A DNA stretch of 24,892 bases from a virus. Taxonomy: Duplodnaviria > Caudoviricetes. This document shows, one piece after another, positions 15,634-23,197 of this stretch (within the stretch, counting starts at the first letter, position 1; each line of letters begins with the position of its first letter). A program made the position numbers and the translations under genes. The notes beneath the pieces were generated by a model. It was not told the DNA's origin. It saw nothing but the letters and a program-made list of their open reading frames with translations, and searched no databases. The stretch spans positions 1-24,892 of the IMG/VR virus record IMGVR_UViG_3300005527_000276; one strand, written 5' to 3'.

Positions 15634-15924
15634 TCACCGCGGTGGTGGACGGCACCCGTAGGCGCCGATCACGCCACTGCCACGGCATACCTCGCCCGCC
15701 GGGCAGCGAATCCCACACCCGCCGCAACTGAACTCGTCACTGAGGATCCTGCACTCGTAGACGTACGGGTTCTCGGCCGTCGGGCAGCACGTCGTGTCGG
15801 TCGCGCCCATGGGGCAGCCGCACACGGTCACGTCGGGCGGCGCGTCGCGGGGCGTGTCGACGCGGTAGATGCACCCGTGGAGGAGCAGGCAGAGCACGGC
15901 GGTCGTACGCATGAGCTCGAGCAT
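15634..15924 (-). CDS. Cys-rich lipoprotein with Stig1-like motif (antisense moron)
   Basis: Signal peptide with lipobox LLLHGC; D..SCGGCG.RC..GEVC motif; GGAGG upstream; opposite strand to the structural operon; alternative start 15912. Confidence 0.68.
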   Translation of the reverse strand: MLELMRTTAVLCLLLHGCIYRVDTPRDAPPDVTVCGCPMGATDTTCCPTAENPYVYECRILSDEFSCGGCGIRCPAGEVCRGSGVIGAYGCRPPPR

Positions 15925-15941
15925 ACCTCCGGAGCGGGCTG

Positions 15942-17522
15942 ATGCCGGTCTACACCGGCCTCCGCGCGGTTACCGGCGCGGGCATCGAGCTCCTCCGCCG
16001 CGTCGATGCGCTGCCGGTGTCCGGCACCATAGGCGAGAAGGTCGTCCTCAAGAGCACCGGCATCGTTTACGAGTGGACCGGGGCGTGGACGAGCCTGGGG
16101 CCAGCTGTCCCGACCACGCCGAGCGCAATCAGCGCCGGCACGACCATGGCGAGCTCGGGCACGGTCGCATTCGCCAACAGCAACAACGTCTCGTTCGGCC
16201 TGAGCGGGCAGACCATCACGGCCTCGGTCGGCGGCGGAGGCGGGGGCGTCGCGGTCAGCGCCGGGACCGTCAGCGTGTCGAGCGGCACGGTGGTCTTTTC
16301 GAACAGCAACGGCGTCTCGTTCGGGCTGAGCGGCTCTACCGTGACCGCCAGCGTGGCAGCGGGACCCTCGGCGGGCATCGCCGGGCTCGGAGCCGGCACG
16401 CAGACCGCGACGAGCGGCACGGTGGCGTACGCCGCCAGCAACGGCCTGTCCTTCGGCCTGTCTGGCAGCTCGCAGATCACGGGTTCGCACGATGGTCTCC
16501 GCTCTGTCTCGGCGGGCACGACTCACGCGCTCGGCCCGGGCCTGTCGCTCGCTAACAGCAACGGCCTGAGCTTCGGCGCAAACGGCTCGACCATCACCGG
16601 GTCGTACACCGTCCCGAGCACGGCCGGGCTGCTGTCGGCGGTCAACCTGTCGGCCGGCACCACCTCGCAGAACGCCAGCGCGTTCGTGTTCTCGAATGGT
16701 GGCAACGTCACTTTTGGACTCGACGGCTCGACCATTACCGCGTCTGCTCCGAGCGGCGGTGGCGGCGGCGGGGTCACGCTGTCGAGCTATGAGCCGATGC
16801 CGTTCGTTGCCAATACGGGCACGGCGGTCTGGTCTGCCACTACTGCCACCAGCGCGCCGATTGGCCTGTTTCCGGTACAGATCGATGCGCCCGTAGCCGC
16901 CGAGCTGATGGGCGTGGTTGTATCCATGTCCTTCGTGACGGGCGGCGCATCAAGCTACCGGCAGAGCGCCACGCTGAAATGGGGGCTCTACACGCGGCCC
17001 ACAGGCGCGTCCTCGACGCAGCTCAATCTGCTGCAGAGCGACTCGCTGTCATACGCGGTGACGTACAACAACAGCACGATCAGCATCTCCCAGGTCACGA
17101 CGACCAACGTGGGACCGACCTACGGATACGGGCAGACAACCAGCGCAGGACTAAACATCAGCAGCGGATATACGGGGCTGAAACTGCTGAATCTGGACAT
17201 CGGCACGACGCTGACGGCGGGTCAATACTGGCTCGGCATCCAGCACATCAACAGCTCCTCGAGCTTCAACAGCGGCATCCGCATGAGCTTCTACGGCAGC
17301 GCGCATACGCTGACCGGGCTTGCGCCGATGGGTTCGTTCTCGTCGGCGTTCTCGACTGGCACCAACGTCGCGGGTGGTCTCGGCGGCAATCTGTACCTCG
17401 GACTCGGCAGCTATTCGGTGGCGGCATTGACCTCGCTGCCGGCGACCATCAGCCTGTCTCAAGTGACGCAAGCGGGCATCAACTTTCGGCCGTATCTGCG
17501 GTTCTCGACGCGGGTGACCTGA
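15942..17522 (+). CDS. Tail fibre/spike-like structural protein with five ~36-aa Ser/Thr/Gly-rich repeats and a C-terminal beta-rich head domain
   Basis: N-terminal LP..G..GE......G.VYEWTG.W fibre motif; repeated SAGT...S..V.F.NSN.VSFGL.G.TITAS; poly-Gly hinges; tail-module position. Confidence 0.78.
   Translation: MPVYTGLRAVTGAGIELLRRVDALPVSGTIGEKVVLKSTGIVYEWTGAWTSLGPAVPTTPSAISAGTTMASSGTVAFANSNNVSFGLSGQTITASVGGGGGGVAVSAGTVSVSSGTVVFSNSNGVSFGLSGSTVTASVAAGPSAGIAGLGAGTQTATSGTVAYAASNGLSFGLSGSSQITGSHDGLRSVSAGTTHALGPGLSLANSNGLSFGANGSTITGSYTVPSTAGLLSAVNLSAGTTSQNASAFVFSNGGNVTFGLDGSTITASAPSGGGGGGVTLSSYEPMPFVANTGTAVWSATTATSAPIGLFPVQIDAPVAAELMGVVVSMSFVTGGASSYRQSATLKWGLYTRPTGASSTQLNLLQSDSLSYAVTYNNSTISISQVTTTNVGPTYGYGQTTSAGLNISSGYTGLKLLNLDIGTTLTAGQYWLGIQHINSSSSFNSGIRMSFYGSAHTLTGLAPMGSFSSAFSTGTNVAGGLGGNLYLGLGSYSVAALTSLPATISLSQVTQAGINFRPYLRFSTRVT
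16122..16748 (+). repeat. Five degenerate intragenic repeats in the fibre gene
   Basis: SAGTTMASSGTVAFANSNNVSFGLSGQTITAS / SAGTVSVSSGTVVFSNSNGVSFGLSGSTVTAS / GAGTQTATSGTVAYAASNGLSFGLSGSSQITGS / SAGTTHALGPGLSLANSNGLSFGANGSTITGS / SAGTTSQNASAFVFSNGGNVTFGLDGSTITAS. Confidence 0.9.
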
Positions 17523-17773
17523 TGACGACTGCCACGATTGCATGGGTGCGCTCGGTGCGCATCGACGACGACGGGCTGACCGTCTATGCGGACATCCACT
17601 CGCGGCTCGGCCCTGAGGTGACATCCAAGGAAATGCACGGCTTCGACGTAGACGCGTCGGCGGCGGACCTCGAGGCCGCGGTGCTCGCGCGCATCGAAGC
17701 TATCTGCCGCGACGAGCTTGGCATCCCGGTCGATGCGGACCACGCGGTTCGGATGCTAACGAGGCTGCGGTGA
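17522..17773 (+). CDS. Small acidic protein, possible fibre chaperone/accessory
   Basis: MTTATIAWVRSVRIDDDGLTVYAD...; TGATG overlap with the fibre stop and GTGA with the glycosyltransferase. Confidence 0.65.
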   Translation: MTTATIAWVRSVRIDDDGLTVYADIHSRLGPEVTSKEMHGFDVDASAADLEAAVLARIEAICRDELGIPVDADHAVRMLTRLR

Positions 17774-18510
17774 CGATGCTCGCCATGGACGCCGTCAAGG
17801 CGCAGTCCGTCGGCCGCGGCTTCGACCTGGTCGAGCACCTTCGCGGGACGACGTACCGCGACGTCTCGACGGTCGTGCTCGTGCCCACGCGCGGCATGAT
17901 CCACCACCGATGCGCGAACGCGATCCACACCATGATCGCGCCCATGAACGCCAAGCGCGCGCTGCTGTATTGCGAGGGCGACGAGGTGGGGCACGCGTAC
18001 AACCGGATGATCCGGTGGGTGCTCGACCATCCGGAGCTCTCTCGGTGGAAGTACATTCTCACCGTCGAGGACGACAACATCCCGCCGCCGGATGCCCACG
18101 TGCGGCTCATCGAAAGCATCGAAGCGGGCCCCTTCGACGGCGTTGGCGCGCTGTACTTCACCAAGGGCGAGGGAGGAATGCCCATGTGTTATGGAGACCC
18201 GGTGGAGTACGCGCGGACCGGCGTGCTCGACTTCCGCCCGCGTGACGTCCGCGGCGCCATCCAGCGTGACGCGGTCGTCGAATGCAACGGCATCGCGCAG
18301 GGCTGCACGCTGTATCGCATGGACCTTTTCCGCGAGCTCGAGGCGCCCTGGTTCGTGACCGTGGCAGACGTCGTGCCCGGCGGTGGAGCCGCGGCCATGA
18401 CGCAGGACCTGTACTTCTGCGAGCGCGCCAAGCGCAAGGGCAAGCGATTCGCGACCGATTGCCGAGTGAAGGTCGGGCACCTCGACGTGAACACCGGGAT
18501 CGTCTGGTAG
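17770..18510 (+). CDS. GT-A fold (GT2-like) glycosyltransferase
   Basis: VLVPTRG, AYNRMI, YILTVEDDNIPPPDA (DxD-like), GCTLYR...F.....PWF, TQDLYFC.RA...G....D..VKVGH. Confidence 0.85.
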   Translation: MTMLAMDAVKAQSVGRGFDLVEHLRGTTYRDVSTVVLVPTRGMIHHRCANAIHTMIAPMNAKRALLYCEGDEVGHAYNRMIRWVLDHPELSRWKYILTVEDDNIPPPDAHVRLIESIEAGPFDGVGALYFTKGEGGMPMCYGDPVEYARTGVLDFRPRDVRGAIQRDAVVECNGIAQGCTLYRMDLFRELEAPWFVTVADVVPGGGAAAMTQDLYFCERAKRKGKRFATDCRVKVGHLDVNTGIVW

Positions 18511-18517
18511 GAGACCC

Positions 18518-19099
18518 ATGGACGGCGAGATCGAGATCATCCAAGACACCGCACCGGTCCGCATCGATCTGGCGTGCGGGCAGCGGCCTCGAGAGGGGTT
18601 CGTCGGCTACGACCTGCACGCGCCTCTCACCGACCGCGTGCGCCGCCTGGACCTTCTCCAGTTCCCATGGCCTGCCGAGTCGGCGTCCGTCGACGAGCTG
18701 CACTGCTCGCACTTCATCGAGCATATCCCGATGGCCGAGACCGCCGATGGTCAGGACCTGCTGTTCGCCTTCTTCGACGAGGCGTTCCGCATCCTCAAGC
18801 CGGGCGGCACGATGACGGTCGTCTGGCCGTCGCTCAAGTCCGTGCGCGCATTCCAGGATCCGACCCATCGCCGGTTCATCCCCGGCGAGGCCATGGGGTA
18901 CCTGAACGCCGAATGGCGCAAGGCGAACGGGCTGGACCACTACCGCGTGACGTGCGACTTCGAGATCCGGTCCGTGGTGCCGACGATTCACCAGGATACC
19001 GCGCTGCGCAGCGCCGACGCACAGGCGTGGATGGTGGCCGGACTCTGGGACCGCACGGTCGACTGGCACGCTGTCCTCGCCAAGCCGGGGGCTCGCTGA
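18518..19099 (+). CDS. Class I SAM-dependent methyltransferase (Methyltransf_11-like, glycan/small-molecule type)
   Basis: IDLACG, FVGYD, DL..FPWP....SVDE..CSHFIEHI, EAFRILKPGG, DPTH; AGGAG RBS. Confidence 0.88.
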   Translation: MDGEIEIIQDTAPVRIDLACGQRPREGFVGYDLHAPLTDRVRRLDLLQFPWPAESASVDELHCSHFIEHIPMAETADGQDLLFAFFDEAFRILKPGGTMTVVWPSLKSVRAFQDPTHRRFIPGEAMGYLNAEWRKANGLDHYRVTCDFEIRSVVPTIHQDTALRSADAQAWMVAGLWDRTVDWHAVLAKPGAR

Positions 19100-19100
19100 C

Positions 19101-19322
19101 ATGCCCCGGCAGGCCCCGCGATACCCCGTGGAGGCAAGCGCCTCGAGGGAGTCCGTGCAGCGGGCCTTCGACTCGGTGTCGCTCGACGTCGACGAGCTCA
19201 CAAGCAGCCTCGCCTCCGTCCCCTACTCCCCCGGAAACCCCTCGGACTGGTCGGGCACTCCGCCGGCCAACTTGCAGGCGGCGCTCGACCGCATCGCCGC
19301 TGCGATCGGACCCATCCCATGA
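19101..19322 (+). CDS. Small tail-associated protein
   Basis: 73 aa, ATGA overlap with the nozzle gene; DW...PPANLQAALDRIA resembles the NVQ.ALD motif of trimeric fibre necks. Confidence 0.6.
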   Translation: MPRQAPRYPVEASASRESVQRAFDSVSLDVDELTSSLASVPYSPGNPSDWSGTPPANLQAALDRIAAAIGPIP

Positions 19323-22300
19323 GCCTACAGAAACAGGTCGTCGAGGTTCCGATCCACGCTGGTACCAGCGACCAAGTGCACGAATACGTCGCCGTCGGCC
19401 CGTCGAATGCCGAGGTGAAGGACGCGCGGTTCCAGGAGGACGGATCCATCGCGAAGCGGTTCGGCACCGAGCTCCTTCCCGACCTGGCGGGCAAGTCGGC
19501 CGCGCTTTCGGGCGAGGGCGGCGCTCACACGATCCTCGAGAGCGGCGGCCGGGTCGCGGCGCTCACGCACGACGGCCCGTTCGCGCACGACGAGGTCTAC
19601 AACACCTGGTCGCCGCTCGGACGCATCGGACCGCGTCCGAGCCAAGTCCGGACCGACCCGCTGGTACGCGGCAACAACAGCCTGCGCCATGCCGACATGG
19701 CCGTCGCGACCATTTCGGGCAAGACCATCGCCCTCTGTGTCTGGCACGACCTCGAGGAGGACAAGGTCTACTACGCGTGGTGGGAGCTCCCCTCCGACGG
19801 AAGGCCAGCGGTGCCCCTGCGTCCGCCCGTCGAAGTTACCGGCGGACTGACTCGCTTCCCGAAGTGCGCGGTCGCGGGCAACCGGTTCGCCATCGTGGGG
19901 ACCAACAGCACGCAGAGCGCGGTCTTCGGCACGAGCGTCGTGGTCACGTCGAGCTACACGATGCCCTCGGCGACGAGCATTCACACGTTCGCGAACCAAG
20001 TGTCGACCACGACGCTCGAGTTCTTTGCCGACGGCACAGGAGCGTCGGCTGCGTACTGGATCGTGAACGGGCACAACTCGCTGACGTACGTCTACCGTCG
20101 GAAGGACGACTTCACAGCTTCCGCGAACGCTACGATCAGCAAGGCCGGACCAGTCGGAGCGGGGCTCGCGAACGGTCACGTCGTCATCGCGCACCGCGAC
20201 GGAACGGTGTCGCGCATCATCCAGGACCTGAGCGCGGCTGGCACGACGGCTGGACCGTTCTTGACGCCCTCTGCCACGACTGCAGTGCACGTCGCGACCG
20301 TGGTGCAGGCAGACAGCACGGGGCGCTTCCTCGTCGCGTGGTCGGGCGATGGATGCTCAGTCCCTGACGCAGGAGGGATCGGCAACTTTGGGCTCGACGT
20401 GGTGTTCTTCTCGAACACCTGGGCGGGGATTTCCCAGACCACGCTCGGCGGCGTGCGCCTGGGCGGGCGCGCGTGCTGGGACAACTCCACGGCCTCCCCC
20501 CTGTTCCCGCTCATCAACAGGCAGAGCAACTTCGCGGGCAGCGACCTCGCATCGCCGTCGCTGACGCAGTTCTTCTCGGGATACGTTGGGCGCCCCGTCT
20601 ACACCGACGCCGCCGGCAGCGCATTCCTGCGTCTGGCGCCGGTGTGCTCCTATGGCATCGACACGGCGGACCTGTACCAGGCCAATTTCGGCACGACTCA
20701 GCCATCTTCGGGCATCTTCCGCAACCACCTGCCGAGCATGCGCGCGGTCAGCGCTGGCCGGTTCGTGATGCCGTTCGTGGTCTACACCCAGGCGTCGATC
20801 CCCATCTACAAGCGCCACGTCGACCTCCTGCGACTGGACACCGTAGGGTCCCCGTCGCTGCGCACGGTGTCGGCCCAGGGCGTGCGGCTCTCGTCGGGGG
20901 GTATCGTCAACGTGGTCGATGGCGTGGTCGGGACTGAGCTCACGCCGCCGCCGCCGGTCTACGTCGACGCAAGCACCGTCGACACGGCCTACGATTACGG
21001 GAACGTCGATCCGCGCCCGTTCGGCGTCGGTGGGGGCTCGATGCCGTGTTCCTTCGCGCTCAAGTGGCGCGACGCCGCCGGCAACGTGCACCGGTCGTTC
21101 GTGGCGAACGAGCAGATCACCAGCTGGGTTAGCTTCTCCGGCGGCCGTTGGTACGCACGGCGGTGGATCATCCCGCGGCCCTGGCCCCTGGCGCTCACCC
21201 AGGGGACGTCCCCGCAGCAGTACCAGATCGAGGTCTACCAGTCCGGCGGCGACGGTGCGTCGGCCGGAGGTACCCGCTACCTCGTGGCGGAGGCGACTCC
21301 GAAAGTGCATCCGACGCTTGCCGGGTGCGACTACGTCGTCCCCGTGCTGCCGGTGGGGCTCCTCCCGGCGACTGGGGCGCCGCACGAGCTCCCGATCGTG
21401 AACAACATTCCGAGCACCTACTTGCAGTGTTGGCAGGACACCTCGCCGAGCGAGTATGTCCACATTCCGCCTCCGCCGATGATCGACCTCTGCTCGACGC
21501 AGGAGCGCGTCTGGGGGCTCTCGGCAGAGAAGGGGCGCCTCGAGGTGTGGCCGAGCAAGCTGCTCGTCGAGGGGTTCGCTCCGGAGTTCACGCCCGATCT
21601 CGTGACGCGCATTCCGGCCGAGGGAGGCGAGTGCACCGCGATCGCAGCGCTCGACGACAAGATCGTGGTCTTCAAAGAGCGAGCGATCTTCGTCCTCTTC
21701 GGTGACCCCGGGACGAACACCGGCCAGCGCGCGACCCTGCAGACGGCGCGGCTCGTGTCGGGCGACGTCGGGTGCAGCAACCCTCGCAGCGTCGTCGAGG
21801 GCCCCTTCGGGATCGTCTTTCAGGCCAGTTCGGACAGCAACAACGCGCGCGGCGGCATCCACCAGATCGACCGCGGACTCGCGGTGACGTTCGTCGGGTT
21901 CCCAGCTAAGGACACCACTGCGGGCGTGACATTCGAGTCCGCGACACTCGTGCCGGCGGAAAAGGAAGTCCGCTGGGTGATGCCAAGCACGAACGTACTG
22001 GTGTGGAGTTACGATCTGAACCGGTGGCACGTGCAGACGCTCCGCGCTCGGTTCTCGAGCTGCCTGCGGAGGGGCCGATTCGCGAGTCTGACCAACACGA
22101 CCGTCGTCTCGGCAGACCAGAACGGATGGGCGCACGATGCGGTGACGACATTCTCGTCCCACCAGACTCAGGTGGTGACAAGCTGGCTCAAGCTGGCGGG
22201 CCTGCAGGGATTTCAGCGGCTCTGGACTGCGACCTTCCTGTTCAAGTGGTACTCCGGCGGCATCACGATCGAGGGCCAGACGGACTACAACGAAAGCTGG

Positions 22301-22546
22301 ACCGGCTCCTTCTCTCGCGTGTTCGGGTCTGCTGCGCTATCCTCACTCGCGGTTTCCGGGTCCGGGTCTCGCGTCCAGGTCTCGGTTCACCTGCCAGTCC
22401 AGAAATGCGAGGCGATCCGCTTTCGCATCACCGAGGACGCAGTGAACTCCCCGGGACGCGGCTTCGAGCTCGTCGGCTTGACGCTCGAGGCGGGAGTCAA
22501 GCGCGGCAGTTACCGCCGCAACATGACCGCAGCAGCGAGGAAGTGA
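19319..22546 (+). CDS. Tail nozzle/hub protein (tail tubular protein B / P22 gp10-like), enlarged
   Basis: 1075 aa beta-rich; N-terminal DARF..DGSIAKRFGT, C-terminal TAIAALDDKIVVFKERAIF, DVGCSNPRSVV, LVWSYDLNRW, TSWLKL..LQGFQR. Confidence 0.8.
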   Translation: MSLQKQVVEVPIHAGTSDQVHEYVAVGPSNAEVKDARFQEDGSIAKRFGTELLPDLAGKSAALSGEGGAHTILESGGRVAALTHDGPFAHDEVYNTWSPLGRIGPRPSQVRTDPLVRGNNSLRHADMAVATISGKTIALCVWHDLEEDKVYYAWWELPSDGRPAVPLRPPVEVTGGLTRFPKCAVAGNRFAIVGTNSTQSAVFGTSVVVTSSYTMPSATSIHTFANQVSTTTLEFFADGTGASAAYWIVNGHNSLTYVYRRKDDFTASANATISKAGPVGAGLANGHVVIAHRDGTVSRIIQDLSAAGTTAGPFLTPSATTAVHVATVVQADSTGRFLVAWSGDGCSVPDAGGIGNFGLDVVFFSNTWAGISQTTLGGVRLGGRACWDNSTASPLFPLINRQSNFAGSDLASPSLTQFFSGYVGRPVYTDAAGSAFLRLAPVCSYGIDTADLYQANFGTTQPSSGIFRNHLPSMRAVSAGRFVMPFVVYTQASIPIYKRHVDLLRLDTVGSPSLRTVSAQGVRLSSGGIVNVVDGVVGTELTPPPPVYVDASTVDTAYDYGNVDPRPFGVGGGSMPCSFALKWRDAAGNVHRSFVANEQITSWVSFSGGRWYARRWIIPRPWPLALTQGTSPQQYQIEVYQSGGDGASAGGTRYLVAEATPKVHPTLAGCDYVVPVLPVGLLPATGAPHELPIVNNIPSTYLQCWQDTSPSEYVHIPPPPMIDLCSTQERVWGLSAEKGRLEVWPSKLLVEGFAPEFTPDLVTRIPAEGGECTAIAALDDKIVVFKERAIFVLFGDPGTNTGQRATLQTARLVSGDVGCSNPRSVVEGPFGIVFQASSDSNNARGGIHQIDRGLAVTFVGFPAKDTTAGVTFESATLVPAEKEVRWVMPSTNVLVWSYDLNRWHVQTLRARFSSCLRRGRFASLTNTTVVSADQNGWAHDAVTTFSSHQTQVVTSWLKLAGLQGFQRLWTATFLFKWYSGGITIEGQTDYNESWTGSFSRVFGSAALSSLAVSGSGSRVQVSVHLPVQKCEAIRFRITEDAVNSPGRGFELVGLTLEAGVKRGSYRRNMTAAARK

Positions 22547-22549
22547 CCC

Positions 22550-23197
22550 ATGCCCTTCTCCATCTTTGGCCCCCCGACGACAGACTGGACCGCCGAGTCT
22601 CGGCGTCGGCTCGGCACCACCGCTGCCGGATACGAGAACGCGATCCGCAACACGCGCAGGGATGCGCTCGGTCTCGCGCGGTCGACTGCAGGCGTCGGCT
22701 CTGGCGCGGCCGGCTCGCGCGCAGCCATGCAGGCGCTCGCTCCGGCCGTCGCTGACATGCGCGTGTCGCAGGCCGCCGCGATGGAGGAGACCAGGGCGCG
22801 CCTCGCCGAGGAGCAGCGCCTTGAGCGAGAGCGGCAGGCCGACTTCGCGAACAACTTGTTCGGCGGCCTGACCGGAGTCGCGGGCCAGGTGCTGGTGCCG
22901 CTGATCGGCGGTCTCGGTGGAGGCGGAGCGCCCGCCTCGACGCCCACCGGGACCTCGAGGCCCGCCCGAGCGCCAGCCAGCACCCCAACGCCGACGGCGA
23001 CAGCGGCCACGCCCGCGTCCACCGGGCCATTCGCGCTGGGCTCCTCGACGCTTCCCGAGGAAGAGGCCGAGGAGGAGCGGCGGCGGCGAGAGGCGGCTGG
23101 GCTGGGCGGCGTTCTCCGAACCGCTGCCCCGTTCGCGGGCATGGCGAATCCGTTCGCCGGTCTCGCGCTGAACGCGGCCGGGGGGTTCTTCCGGTGA
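22550..23197 (+). CDS. Putative DNA ejection/pilot (internal virion) protein
   Basis: Gly/Ala-rich, coiled coil followed by Gly-rich hydrophobic helices; follows the nozzle as in P22/T7. Confidence 0.62.
   Translation: MPFSIFGPPTTDWTAESRRRLGTTAAGYENAIRNTRRDALGLARSTAGVGSGAAGSRAAMQALAPAVADMRVSQAAAMEETRARLAEEQRLERERQADFANNLFGGLTGVAGQVLVPLIGGLGGGGAPASTPTGTSRPARAPASTPTPTATAATPASTGPFALGSSTLPEEEAEEERRRREAAGLGGVLRTAAPFAGMANPFAGLALNAAGGFFR

Noticed and set aside
15942-19099. Diversity-generating retroelement or invertible tail-fibre cassette
   Set aside because: No reverse transcriptase, no template/variable repeat pair differing at adenines, and no invertase or flanking inverted repeats seen in this window
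17770-19099. Gtr-type O-antigen conversion or DNA hypermodification locus
   Set aside because: No membrane flippase/transferase partners, the genes are coupled within the late structural operon, and no base-hydroxymethylase or nucleotide-modifying genes are nearby; less likely, though not excluded
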